In this document: positions 39,786 through 49,780 of the stretch, in pieces
Numbering within the stretch: the first letter of the stretch is position 1
Layout: each line of letters begins with the position of its first letter
Source: an uncultured Tissierellia bacterium
Lineage (GTDB): Bacteria; Bacillota; Clostridia; Tissierellales; Tissierellaceae
Length of the DNA stretch: 64,000 bases
Direction of reading: 5' to 3'
Assembly: GCA_946402705.1 (NCBI GenBank)
Contig: CAMIXG010000005.1
Coordinates: forward strand, 31,506-95,505
Notes under the pieces: generated by a model
What the model was told of the DNA's origin: nothing
What the model saw: only the letters and a program-made list of their open reading frames with translations
The model's database searches: none
Program-made: the position numbers and the translations under genes

Positions 39786-41381
39786 ATGGGAATAGCAATA
39801 CCCGTATTTGGAGGCTTGGGTCTATTTTTGTATGGTATGAATCTTATGGGTTCTGGATTACAACAAGCAGCTGGAGAAAGGTTAAAAAAAATAATTGAAG
39901 TACTAACTAACAACCGTTTAATGGGAGTTTTAGTAGGTGCTGTAGTTACAATGATTATACAAAGTAGTTCGGCTACAACAGTAATGGTTGTAGGATTTGT
40001 AAATGCAGGCATAATGACCTTGCCACAAGCAGTAGGAGTTATAATGGGGGCAAATATTGGTACAACTGTTACAGCACAGTTGATAGCCTTTAATTTAACA
40101 GATTATGCACCAATTACTATAGTGATTGGTATGTTAATATCTCTTCTAATATCAGATAAAAAGGGTAAGGATATTGGAGATATTTTAATAGGGTTTGGTA
40201 TCTTATTTATTGGTATGGACATGATGAGTAATGGTCTAGCACCACTTGCTAAATCGCCAATGTTTACAAATATGATATTAAAATTAAACAATGTATACCT
40301 AGCAGCAATAGTTGGTATGATACTTACTACAGTACTTCAAAGTAGTAGTGCATCCATAGGACTTTTACAAGCCCTAGCAAGTCAAGGACTTATAACAATA
40401 AATATAGCTTTTCCAATATTATTTGGAGAGAACATTGGTACAACAACAACAGCATTAATATCCTCTATAGGAGCTAACAAAACAGCTAAGAGAGCAGCAC
40501 TTATACATTTTCTATTTAACTTAATAGGAACAATTATATTTATAACGATACTTAGAACTCCAATACAAACCTTAGTGATGAAAATTTCACCAGGAAATGT
40601 TACTAGGCAAATAGCCAACGCACATACTTTATTTAACTTAATAAATGTTGCTATACAATTCCCGTTTGCTGGATTTTTAGTAAAAGCTGTTGAAAAAATT
40701 ATACCAGGAGATATAGAAGAAGATTCGGGAGAGGCAAAATTCTTAGATGATAGAATTTTGGAAACACCTTCAATAGCCCTTGGTTTTGCAGTTAAAGAGA
40801 CAATTAGAATGGCAGAAATAGTTGAAGAAAACTTGGTAACTGTAAAAGATGTATTTATAAATGATGAGTTTGATAAGACAAAGAGTATCTTTGAGAAAGA
40901 ACAGGTTATAGATGAACTTGAAAAGGAAATAACTAACTATGTCTTAAAACTTACAAAAAGAGAATTAACTCCAGCTCAAAGAGAGCTAATCAATAAACTG
41001 ATATATATGACAAATGATTTAGAGAGAATAGGAGATCATGTTGAAAACTTGGCAGAGCTATCTCAATCTAAACAGGAAAATGGACTTTTCTTCTCAGAAG
41101 ATGCAACAATTGGAATAACTAAAATGTTTGATACTGCTAATTTAGCTTATACAAAGGCAGTTGAAGCATTTGAAAAAGGTTCTAAGTCTTTAGCAGAAGA
41201 AACAATGAAACTTGAAGTACAGGTTAATGAGCTTGAAATTACAAATAAAAATGCACATATAGAAAGATTAAATAATGGACTATGTACTACAGAAACAGGC
41301 ATTGTTTATCTAGATGCACTTAGTAATTTAGAAAGAGTTTCAGACCATGCTACCAACATAGCAAAATTAGTATTAGAATAA
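39786..41381 (+). CDS. Na/Pi cotransporter family protein with a C-terminal PhoU-like domain
   Basis: Duplicated QSSSAT/QSSSAS repeats and GANIGTT/GENIGTTT motifs, plus two C-terminal ERIGDH/ERVSDHA PhoU repeats. Confidence 0.88.
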   Translation: MGIAIPVFGGLGLFLYGMNLMGSGLQQAAGERLKKIIEVLTNNRLMGVLVGAVVTMIIQSSSATTVMVVGFVNAGIMTLPQAVGVIMGANIGTTVTAQLIAFNLTDYAPITIVIGMLISLLISDKKGKDIGDILIGFGILFIGMDMMSNGLAPLAKSPMFTNMILKLNNVYLAAIVGMILTTVLQSSSASIGLLQALASQGLITINIAFPILFGENIGTTTTALISSIGANKTAKRAALIHFLFNLIGTIIFITILRTPIQTLVMKISPGNVTRQIANAHTLFNLINVAIQFPFAGFLVKAVEKIIPGDIEEDSGEAKFLDDRILETPSIALGFAVKETIRMAEIVEENLVTVKDVFINDEFDKTKSIFEKEQVIDELEKEITNYVLKLTKRELTPAQRELINKLIYMTNDLERIGDHVENLAELSQSKQENGLFFSEDATIGITKMFDTANLAYTKAVEAFEKGSKSLAEETMKLEVQVNELEITNKNAHIERLNNGLCTTETGIVYLDALSNLERVSDHATNIAKLVLE

Positions 41382-41383
41382 AA

Positions 41384-41419
41384 AGCAGGCTAGGATAGTT
41401 ACTATCTTAGCCTGTTTTT
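41384..41419 (+). terminator. Rho-independent terminator
   Basis: The stem agcaggctaggatag / tatcttagcctgtt is followed by ttt. Confidence 0.7.
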
Positions 41420-41480
41420 AAATCTACAAATTGAGTATATATAAAATGTAGATTAGATTTGAAAAATAGGAGGAAATAGT

Positions 41481-42416
41481 ATGAATATTTATGATGTAGT
41501 TATAATTGGTGGTGGACCAGCAGGCTTATCAGCAGGGCTATATGCATCAAGAGGAACACTAAATACCCTTATAATAGAGAGAGAAGCAACTGGTGGAAAA
41601 ATAAAAGATACAAATGAAGTGGCAAATTATCCAGGTTCTGAAAAAGATATAGATGGTATGAGGCTTGGAGAGAGAATGCTAGAACAAGCAAAAGAATTTG
41701 GTGCTAAGGTAGTCTTTGATGAAATTACAGAGGTTGATTTTTCGGACAAGGTGAAAAAAATAGTTGGGAAAAATGAAACTTATGAAGCTAAGTCAGTAAT
41801 AATTGCAACAGGTGCAAATCCAAAACTTTTAGGTGTGGATAGAGAGTTAGAATTTAGTGGTAAGGGAGTATCATATTGTGTAACTTGTGATGGACCATTT
41901 TTTCAAGATTTGATAACTTTTGTTGTAGGTGGTGGAGATGCAGCAGTGGAAGAAGCTATGCAACTTGCAAAATTTTCTAAAAAAGTATACCTAGTTCATA
42001 GAAGAGATGAACTAAGAGCTGCAAAATCCATTCAGGAAAAAGTATTTAAAAATGAAAAAGTTGAAATACTATGGGACTCAGTAGTAAAAGAATTAGAAGG
42101 GGACAAGATGTTATCAGGAGTTGTTATTGAGAACTTAAAAACTGGTAAAATTACAGAATACAAGGCAACAGAAGAAGAAATGCTAATGGGAGTTTTCCCT
42201 TATGTAGGCTTTATTCCAGCTACTGAATTATTTGAAGGAAAAATAAATATGGAAAAGGGTTATATATTAACAGATGAAAATATGAAAACTAATGTAGAAG
42301 GAGTATTTGCAGCAGGAGATAATAGGGTTAAGCTTTTAAGACAGGTAGTTACAGCTACTTCTGATGGGGCGATAGCAGCTATTGAAGCTGAAAAATATAT
42401 AGAAGATAATTTTTAA
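41481..42416 (+). CDS. trxB: Thioredoxin-disulfide reductase
   Basis: FAD motif IIGGGPAG, redox-active CVTCDG, NADPH motif VVGGGDAAVEEA, and AAGD. Confidence 0.92.
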   Translation: MNIYDVVIIGGGPAGLSAGLYASRGTLNTLIIEREATGGKIKDTNEVANYPGSEKDIDGMRLGERMLEQAKEFGAKVVFDEITEVDFSDKVKKIVGKNETYEAKSVIIATGANPKLLGVDRELEFSGKGVSYCVTCDGPFFQDLITFVVGGGDAAVEEAMQLAKFSKKVYLVHRRDELRAAKSIQEKVFKNEKVEILWDSVVKELEGDKMLSGVVIENLKTGKITEYKATEEEMLMGVFPYVGFIPATELFEGKINMEKGYILTDENMKTNVEGVFAAGDNRVKLLRQVVTATSDGAIAAIEAEKYIEDNF

Positions 42417-42434
42417 TATTCAATAATAATAAAG

Positions 42435-42478
42435 CTAAATTATACTGGAAATTTCTTTGGATTTCCAGTATAATTTAG
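42435..42478. repeat. Perfect 18-bp inverted repeat (stem-loop) between trxB and the nucleoside ABC operon
   Basis: ctaaattatactggaaat / atttccagtataatttag with an 8-nt loop. There is no clear T-tail. Confidence 0.8.
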
Positions 42479-42535
42479 TTAGGGCAATCCTAGCAAAATC
42501 AATAATATTTATTGAAATTTAAGGAGGAGTTTTAA

Positions 42536-43624
42536 TTGAAAAAAAGAATGTCGATTTTAGCATTAATGATGGCATTAATGCTAACACTTGTGGCTTGTGG
42601 TGGAAAAAAAGGTGAACCAACACCACCAGCAGAAGGAAATGAAAAAGTAGAAGATATCAAAGTAGGAATGGTAACAGATGAAGGTGGAGTAAATGACCAA
42701 TCATTTAACCAATCAGCTTGGGAAGGACTACAAAGAGCTAGTAAAGAATTAGGAGTAGAAGCTAAATATCAAGAATCTGAACAAGAATCTGATTACGCAC
42801 CTAATTTCGAAACTCTATTAGATGCAGACTTTGACATGATGTGGGGAGTTGGATACAAATTAGCAGGAGCAGCTTATGAAGCAGCTTTAAACAATCCAGA
42901 TAAATCATATGGTGTTATAGACTATTCATATGATGGAAATGACGACTTTCCAGAAGGAACTCCAGAAAATATGGTAGGAGTAATATTCCATGACGAACAA
43001 TCCTCATTTTTAGCAGGATATGTTGCGGGATATACAACAAAAACTAATAAAGTTGGTTTTGTAGGTGGAATCGAAGGAGCAGTAATACACAAATTTGAAT
43101 ATGGATATACTGCAGGAGTAGACTATGCAGCTAAAGAACAAGGAAAACAAATTGAAGTTATAAGACAATATGCTGACTCTTTTGGAGATGCAGCTAAGGG
43201 TAAATCAATAGCTAATAGTATGTTCCAAAAAGGTGCAGATATAGTATTCCATGCAGCAGGTGGAGTAGGCGATGGTGTTATAGAAGCAGCTAAAGAACAA
43301 GACAAATGGGCTATAGGTGTTGATAGAGATCAAAACTACCTAGCACCAGATAATGTTTTAACTTCAGTAATCAAAAGAGTAGACGAATCAATTTTCAAAC
43401 AAGTTGAAAGCTTTAAAGATGGAAAATTTGAAGGTGGAAAAACAGTTCTTATAGGTTTACAAGAAGGTAACTTCGTAGGACTTGCAGATTCATCAAGCAA
43501 AAATGTAGATGGAGAAGTTTTAAAAGCTACAGATAAAATTAAAGAAAAAATAATAGCAGGTGAAATAGTACCACCAACAGATAGTCAAAAATATGAAGAG
43601 TTTGTTAAAGCTTTAAACAAATAA
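42536..43624 (+). CDS. BMP-family (PnrA/Med-like) ABC substrate-binding lipoprotein, probably for nucleosides
   Basis: Lipobox LVACGG, with the motifs VTDEGGVNDQSFNQSAWEG, FVGG and AIGVDRDQ. The start codon is TTG, with a strong RBS. Confidence 0.88.
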   Translation: MKKRMSILALMMALMLTLVACGGKKGEPTPPAEGNEKVEDIKVGMVTDEGGVNDQSFNQSAWEGLQRASKELGVEAKYQESEQESDYAPNFETLLDADFDMMWGVGYKLAGAAYEAALNNPDKSYGVIDYSYDGNDDFPEGTPENMVGVIFHDEQSSFLAGYVAGYTTKTNKVGFVGGIEGAVIHKFEYGYTAGVDYAAKEQGKQIEVIRQYADSFGDAAKGKSIANSMFQKGADIVFHAAGGVGDGVIEAAKEQDKWAIGVDRDQNYLAPDNVLTSVIKRVDESIFKQVESFKDGKFEGGKTVLIGLQEGNFVGLADSSSKNVDGEVLKATDKIKEKIIAGEIVPPTDSQKYEEFVKALNK

Positions 43625-43632
43625 ATATAAAT

Positions 43633-43657
43633 AAGCTCAGACTTTTGTCTGGGCTTT
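43633..43657 (+). other. Intra-operon stem-loop after the binding-protein gene
   Basis: The stem aagctcagac / gtctgggctt has a tttt loop and only a short T-tail. It sits 21 nt upstream of the ATPase start. Confidence 0.6.
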
Positions 43658-43678
43658 AATTATAAAGGAGGAAATAGC

Positions 43679-45220
43679 TTGTCCAAAGAAGAACATAAAC
43701 TTATTGAGATGAAAAATATTACTAAAAAGTTTGGCGATTTTACAGCAAATGATAATATAAATCTAAGTGTAGCTAAGGGCGAAATCCATGCTTTACTTGG
43801 AGAAAATGGAGCTGGAAAATCTACTTTAATGAATGTATTATATGGGCTACATATGCCAACATCTGGAGAAATTTATATAGATGGACAATTGGTTAATATA
43901 AGCAACCCAAATGTAGCAATTAAACATGGGATTGGGATGGTTCACCAACATTTTATGTTGGTTGATACATTTACTGTTGTTGAAAATATAATACTTGGTT
44001 TAGAAACTATGAAGGGGCCAGTTCTGGATATAAAAAAGGCTAAAAAAGAAGTAGAAGAAATCTCAAAAAAGTATGGATTATATGTAGAACCTGATTCTAA
44101 GGTACAAGATATCTCTGTGGGAATGCAGCAAAGAGTAGAAATTTTGAAGGCCTTATATAGAGGGGCAGATATTTTAATACTAGATGAACCAACAGCAGTA
44201 TTAACCCCTCAAGAAATTGAAGAGCTTATAGAAATTATAAGAGCCTTATCTGAACAAGGAAAAACCATAATAATCATTACACATAAACTAAAAGAAATAA
44301 AGGCAGCAGCAGATTATTGTACTATTATAAGAAGAGGGAAAAAGATAGATACAGTTAAGGTAGCCGATGTTACTGAAAATGATTTAGCTGAAATGATGGT
44401 TGGTAGAGAGGTTACTTTTAAGGTTGATAAAAAAGAGCAAAAAGCAGGTAGTACAGTTTTAGAAATTCAAAACCTTAGAGTAAAAGATAATAGAAAACTA
44501 GATATTGTTAATAACCTAAATTTAGAAGTTAAATCAGGAGAGATATTAGGTATAGCAGGAATAGATGGAAATGGTCAATCTGAGTTGATAGAGGGGATAA
44601 CAGGACTTAGAAAGTCAGAAAATGGGTCTATAAAAGTGCATGGTATGGAGATTGCAAATAAAACTCCATTTGAAGTTATAAATTCAGGCATAAGTACAAT
44701 ACCTGAAGATAGACAAAGAAGAGGACTGGTACTAGACTATACTATTGCAGAAAATATGATACTTGAAAACTATTATAAGCCAGAGTTTTCTAAGGGCGGA
44801 AAATTGAAACACAAGGCCATAAAAGAACATGCAAAGAAACTTATAGAAAAATTTGATGTTAGGCCGGATGATCCTGAATATTTAGCAGGTGGATTATCAG
44901 GAGGGAATCAACAAAAAGTTATAATAGCTAGGGAAATTGACAATGACCCAGAACTATTAATAGCAGCCCAGCCTACAAGAGGGCTTGATGTTGGAGCTAT
45001 AGAGTTTGTTCATAAATATCTAGTGGAACAAAGAGACAAGGGCAAGGCTGTACTTTTAATATCTTTTGAGCTAGATGAAGTTATGAATTTATCAGATAGA
45101 ATAGCAGTAATCTATGAAGGTGAAATAGTTGCAGTAATGGATGCGAAAGATGCAGATGAGAATAAACTTGGATTATTAATGGCAGGAGGAGGTGTTAGCA
45201 ATGGAGAAGAAGAAAAATAG
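43679..45220 (+). CDS. ABC transporter ATP-binding protein (tandem ATPase, CUT2/nucleoside type)
   Basis: Two nucleotide-binding domains. The first has GENGAGKST, the signature-like VGMQQRVEI and LILDEPT. The second has a degenerate Walker A and LSGGNQQK. Confidence 0.9.
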   Translation: MSKEEHKLIEMKNITKKFGDFTANDNINLSVAKGEIHALLGENGAGKSTLMNVLYGLHMPTSGEIYIDGQLVNISNPNVAIKHGIGMVHQHFMLVDTFTVVENIILGLETMKGPVLDIKKAKKEVEEISKKYGLYVEPDSKVQDISVGMQQRVEILKALYRGADILILDEPTAVLTPQEIEELIEIIRALSEQGKTIIIITHKLKEIKAAADYCTIIRRGKKIDTVKVADVTENDLAEMMVGREVTFKVDKKEQKAGSTVLEIQNLRVKDNRKLDIVNNLNLEVKSGEILGIAGIDGNGQSELIEGITGLRKSENGSIKVHGMEIANKTPFEVINSGISTIPEDRQRRGLVLDYTIAENMILENYYKPEFSKGGKLKHKAIKEHAKKLIEKFDVRPDDPEYLAGGLSGGNQQKVIIAREIDNDPELLIAAQPTRGLDVGAIEFVHKYLVEQRDKGKAVLLISFELDEVMNLSDRIAVIYEGEIVAVMDAKDADENKLGLLMAGGGVSNGEEEK

Positions 45221-46337
45221 ATTTGTTATGACTGTATTATCAATTATACTTGGACTTTTATTTGGAGCAATAGCTCTTAAGGTATCTGGTTATAGTCCTA
45301 TAGAAGCCTATAAGGTTATATGGCTTGGGATATTTGAAAAACCAAAATACGTAGTATATACAATAATTCGTGCTACACCAATAATAATAACTGGCATATC
45401 TGTGGCTTTTGCCTTTAGAACTGGATTATTTAATATAGGAGCAGAAGGACAATTTTTAGTTGGTTCTTTAGCTGCAACTCTAGCAGGAGTTTATATAACA
45501 TTTTTACCACCAGTTATACATGCAGTAGTATGTATATTAGTAGCAGCTTTAGCGGCTGGTATATGGGGAGGAATAGTTGGACTTTTAAAGGCAAAAAGAG
45601 GAGTTAATGAAGTTATTTCTTCTATAATGCTAAACTGGATAGCACTATACCTAAGTAACACAATGCTTACAGTTAGTTCATTTGGATTTAAAAGAGCGAA
45701 TTCAGATTCATCACATAAAATACTTGAATCTGCTAAAATAAATTTATTTCAAAATTGGAAAGTATCTGAAGCAGGTAGGGCTGCTTTGGCAAATAACAAA
45801 TTGCTTAAGGATGTACTAACACCACCAGTAAATGCAGGTATTATAATAGCCATAGTACTGGCTATAGTAGTGTGGTATATACTTAAACATACAACACTTG
45901 GTTATCAGTTAAAGGCAGTAGGATACAATAAGGATGCTGCAGAATATGCAGGTATAGATATAAAGAAAAACATTACAAAATCAATGTTTATAGCAGGGGC
46001 TATAGCAGGTATAGCAGGAGCTACTCAAGTTCTTGGTGTAAATCATCAAATAAGTATACTGGGTGCTTCAGAAGGATATGGGTTTGATGGAATGGCAGTA
46101 GCTTTAATTGCAGGAAATAATCCACTTGCCACTATACCAGCAGGACTTTTATTTGGTGGGCTAAAATATGGTGGGGCAAAATTAAATTCATCATCACTTG
46201 GAGCGCCATCAGAGATTATAAATATAGTTATTGGTGTGATTGTATTATTTGTAGCCATGCCAAAATTATATGATAAAATTTTTAGTGGAATTAAGAAAAT
46301 AATGAGTAAGAAAGATAGAGGTGAGCAAAATGTATAA
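45201..46337 (+). CDS. ABC transporter permease (BPD_transp_2 type)
   Basis: Polytopic membrane protein with a FNIGAEGQ motif, positioned as expected in a BMP-type operon. ATG 45201 is preferred on RBS spacing. Confidence 0.85.
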   Translation: MEKKKNRFVMTVLSIILGLLFGAIALKVSGYSPIEAYKVIWLGIFEKPKYVVYTIIRATPIIITGISVAFAFRTGLFNIGAEGQFLVGSLAATLAGVYITFLPPVIHAVVCILVAALAAGIWGGIVGLLKAKRGVNEVISSIMLNWIALYLSNTMLTVSSFGFKRANSDSSHKILESAKINLFQNWKVSEAGRAALANNKLLKDVLTPPVNAGIIIAIVLAIVVWYILKHTTLGYQLKAVGYNKDAAEYAGIDIKKNITKSMFIAGAIAGIAGATQVLGVNHQISILGASEGYGFDGMAVALIAGNNPLATIPAGLLFGGLKYGGAKLNSSSLGAPSEIINIVIGVIVLFVAMPKLYDKIFSGIKKIMSKKDRGEQNV

Positions 46338-47256
46338 TATAGCAATTATATTAGGTATAACCTTAATGTACTCTGCACCTCTTATTTATACAGCACTTGG
46401 TGGAGTTATATCTGAAAACTCAGGAGTTGTGAATATAGGACTTGAAGGTATGATGACAGTTGGTGCTTTTGCAGCAGCTACTGTAGGATACTATACTGGA
46501 AATCCTTGGCTGGCTTTTTTAGCAGGGGGAATAGCAGGAGGACTTGTTGCACTTATGCATGGTATAGCCTGTATATCTTTCTATGCTGATCATATAATAT
46601 CAGGTATTGCCATAAACTTTATTGGACCAGGTCTTGCCTTGTTTTTAAGTAGACTATTTTTTGATGGAGCTACTATGACAAAACCTATACCAATAGAAAA
46701 TAAAATACCTAGAAGTTTAAATGGAGTATTTGCAAAAAATAGTGTTTTAGATGTAATATTCAATCAATATGATACAGTTTTTCTAGCTTTTATATTAACA
46801 GCAGTAGTTTGGTTTGTTCTTTATAAAACTAAATTAGGTCTTAGAATAAGAGCCATTGGAGAACATCCAGAAGCAGCAGATAGTTTGGGGATAAATGTAT
46901 ATAAGGTTAAATATATTGCAGTAATATTGTCTGGGATATTTGCAGGTTTTGGAGGAGCAGCTATGAGTATAGCAGTAGTTGCAAACTTTAGACAAAGTTT
47001 AATATCAGGACAAGGATATATAGCACTTGCAGCTATGATATTTGGTAAGTGGAAACCACAAGGGGCAATGCTTGCTTGTTTATTATTTGGTGCAGCACAA
47101 GGTTTAGCTGTTTACCTAGGAGGAACAAGTATAGAAGTTCCATCTACAGTGCTAAATATGTTACCTTATATAATCACTTTACTAACTCTAGTAATATTTG
47201 TAGGAGAAGGTGGAAGTGGACCAGCTGCAAATGGAGAACCATTTGAAAAAAATTAA
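46330..47256 (+). CDS. ABC transporter permease (second subunit)
   Basis: Polytopic membrane protein with a VNIGLEGMM motif. ATG 46330 is preferred because RBS agaggtga lies upstream. Confidence 0.85.
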   Translation: MYNIAIILGITLMYSAPLIYTALGGVISENSGVVNIGLEGMMTVGAFAAATVGYYTGNPWLAFLAGGIAGGLVALMHGIACISFYADHIISGIAINFIGPGLALFLSRLFFDGATMTKPIPIENKIPRSLNGVFAKNSVLDVIFNQYDTVFLAFILTAVVWFVLYKTKLGLRIRAIGEHPEAADSLGINVYKVKYIAVILSGIFAGFGGAAMSIAVVANFRQSLISGQGYIALAAMIFGKWKPQGAMLACLLFGAAQGLAVYLGGTSIEVPSTVLNMLPYIITLLTLVIFVGEGGSGPAANGEPFEKN

Positions 47257-47309
47257 AATTATTAGTTCTAAATGTAGATAAAATTAAGTGACATTAAAGG
47301 AGCGATTAA

Positions 47310-48671
47310 ATGAAGTTAGGATTTGATTTAAAACTTGAGCAATCGCAGAAGCTAATAATGACACCAGAGTTAAGACAAGCCATAGAACTATTACAACTTA
47401 ACACAATAGAACTAGATCAATATATAAATAAGGAACTTGAAGAAAATCCTATGTTAGAATCAACAGAAGTCTTGGATAAGGAAGAGAGTTTAGAACAACA
47501 TTCTGATGTTGAAATAGATTGGTCTGAGTATTTTGAAAAGGGTAATAGCTATGAATATAAAAATGAAATAGATAAAAATATTGAACAAATAAATTTTGAA
47601 TCATTTATAAAATATGAGCAAAATTTAAATGAATATTTATTAACTCAACTAAATTTGTTAAAAATAGATAAAGTAGAAAAAGAGATAGGTATATATATAT
47701 TAGAAAATTTAGATGATGATGGTTATTTAACTAAGAGTGTTGCTCAAATTTCCACTGATTTAAAAAAGAGTAAAGTCATAGTGGAAAAAGTGTTAGATGA
47801 AATACAAAAATTTGATCCAAAGGGTATAGCAGCCAGAAATCTAGAAGAATCCCTACTAAATCAAGTTGAAGTTCAAGATGATAATATTGAAAAAATAATA
47901 AAATATCATCTTGAAGACATAGCCTATAATAGGGTTGATAAAATAGGAAAATCATTAGGCATAACAAGTGAATTAGTTTTAGAGTATTTGGACTATATAA
48001 AAAGCCTAGAACCTAAACCAGGAAGATATTTATCAGATGATAATGCATCTATAAAATATATAACACCAGATGCAGAGATAAAGCTTATAGATGGAGAGTT
48101 TAAGGTTATATTAAATGAGGTAACAGGACCTAGATTAAATATAAGTAGTTTTTATAAGAGTATGATAAAAACTGATAGTGATAAGGATACGAAAAACTTT
48201 TTAAATGATAGATTAAATAGGGCACTTTGGATAATACAGGCCATAGAACAAAGGCGAAACACCATAAAAAAGGTGCTGGAATCCATAGTAAAGTTTCAGG
48301 CAGAGTTTTTACTCGAGGGGGAAAAATTTTTAAAACCAATGACAATGAAGGATGTGGCAGAAGACATAGATATGCACGAATCAACTGTGTCCAGAGCTAC
48401 AACTGGAAAGTATGTTCAAACACCTCAGGGAATTTTTGAACTTAAGTATTTCTTTACAACGGGACTTTTGGGTATAAATGGTGATGTATCTTCTATAAGT
48501 ATTAAATCTGCGATAAAAGATTTAGTGGAAAATGAAGATGGTAAAAAACCATTAAGTGATCAACGAATATCTGATATACTAAAAGAGAATGGTACAAGAG
48601 TATCAAGAAGAACAGTTGCTAAGTATAGGACTGAATTAAATATACTATCTTCTTCAATGAGAAAAAGATAA
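47310..48671 (+). CDS. rpoN: RNA polymerase sigma-54 factor
   Basis: Region I LKLEQSQKLIMTPELRQAIELLQL, a helix-turn-helix HESTVSRAT, and the C-terminal RpoN box RRTVAKYR. Confidence 0.93.
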   Translation: MKLGFDLKLEQSQKLIMTPELRQAIELLQLNTIELDQYINKELEENPMLESTEVLDKEESLEQHSDVEIDWSEYFEKGNSYEYKNEIDKNIEQINFESFIKYEQNLNEYLLTQLNLLKIDKVEKEIGIYILENLDDDGYLTKSVAQISTDLKKSKVIVEKVLDEIQKFDPKGIAARNLEESLLNQVEVQDDNIEKIIKYHLEDIAYNRVDKIGKSLGITSELVLEYLDYIKSLEPKPGRYLSDDNASIKYITPDAEIKLIDGEFKVILNEVTGPRLNISSFYKSMIKTDSDKDTKNFLNDRLNRALWIIQAIEQRRNTIKKVLESIVKFQAEFLLEGEKFLKPMTMKDVAEDIDMHESTVSRATTGKYVQTPQGIFELKYFFTTGLLGINGDVSSISIKSAIKDLVENEDGKKPLSDQRISDILKENGTRVSRRTVAKYRTELNILSSSMRKR

Positions 48672-48701
48672 TGATATAAAATTAAAAGGAGAGTGTCTAG
48701 T

Positions 48702-49712
48702 ATGAAAATTAAAGTAGGTTTAAACGGATTAGGTAGAATTGGTAAAAATGTTATGAGAATTTTAACAGAAGAAGGCAGAAACTATGAAAATATTGAAATA
48801 GTTGCACTAAATGCATCAGGAGATTTAAACACACTTGCTCATATATTTAAACATGATACACTATATGGAAAATTCAATGGAGATGTTGAAGTAGTAGAAG
48901 ATGGATTTGTTTTTAATGGACACAAAATAAAAGTTACACAAGAAAGAGACCCAGAAAATATACCTTGGGGTGAAATGGGAGTAGACTTAGTAATAGATTC
49001 TACTGGAGCATTTAAAGATAGAGAAGGTTTATCTAAACATATAAAAGCAGGAGCTAAAAAAGTTATAATAACTGCACCAGCTAAAGATGAAGATATAACT
49101 ATAGTTATGGGAGTAAATGAAGATAAATATGATAAGGATAATCATCATATAATATCTAATGCTTCTTGTACAACAAACTGTTTAGCACCAGTTGCTAAAG
49201 TTTTATCAGATAAATTTGGTATAGAAGAAGGTCTTATGACTACAGTTCATGCTTATACTGGAGACCAAAGATTATTAGATAAGAGACATTCTGATTTAAG
49301 AAGGGCAAGAGCAGCAGCAGAAAATATAGTACCAACAACTACTGGAGCAGCTAAGGCAGTAGCTTTAGTATTACCAGAATTAAAGGGTAAATTAAATGGA
49401 TTTGCGATGAGAGTTCCAGTTCCAACAGTATCTCTAGTAGACTTAGTTGTTAAGTTAGAAAAAGATGCAACAGTTGAAGAAGTAAATGCAGCTATTAAGG
49501 CAGCTTCTCAAAATGAATTAAAAGGAATTTTAGGATATGCAGAAGAAGAGTTAGTTTCTTCTGATTATATTGGAGATAATAGATCTTCTATATTTGATCC
49601 ATTCTTAACTATGAAGGTTGGAGATATGATCAAGGTTGTATCTTGGTATGATAATGAATGGGGCTATTCTGAAAGAGTAGTAGATTTAGCAAACTATATA
49701 TCAGGAAAATAA
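48702..49712 (+). CDS. gap: Type I glyceraldehyde-3-phosphate dehydrogenase
   Basis: NGLGRIGK Rossmann motif, active site [12 protein letters not shown], and [12 protein letters not shown] 48702 is preferred on RBS spacing. Confidence 0.95.
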   Translation: MKIKVGLNGLGRIGKNVMRILTEEGRNYENIEIVALNASGDLNTLAHIFKHDTLYGKFNGDVEVVEDGFVFNGHKIKVTQERDPENIPWGEMGVDLVIDSTGAFKDREGLSKHIKAGAKKVIITAPAKDEDITIVMGVNEDKYDKDNHHIISNASCTTNCLAPVAKVLSDKFGIEEGLMTTVHAYTGDQRLLDKRHSDLRRARAAAENIVPTTTGAAKAVALVLPELKGKLNGFAMRVPVPTVSLVDLVVKLEKDATVEEVNAAIKAASQNELKGILGYAEEELVSSDYIGDNRSSIFDPFLTMKVGDMIKVVSWYDNEWGYSERVVDLANYISGK

Positions 49713-49733
49713 TTAATTAAATAAAATAAAATA

Positions 49734-49759
49734 TTAGTCGAGTCTTAGGGCTCGACTAA
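49734..49759 (+). other. Stem-loop between gap and pgk (possible mRNA processing, stability or partial termination element)
   Basis: ttagtcgag / ctcgactaa stem with an 8-nt loop. It is not followed by a T-run. Confidence 0.55.
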
Positions 49760-49780
49760 AAATTATGTAGGGGTGTAAAT

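Noticed and set aside
47049-47246. A 65-aa plus-strand ORF in an alternative frame inside the second permease gene. There is a similar case at 48227-48439 inside rpoN.
   Set aside because: It sits out of frame inside well-supported genes. Its composition is basic and Cys/Arg-rich, typical of frame-shifted reading, and it has no RBS.
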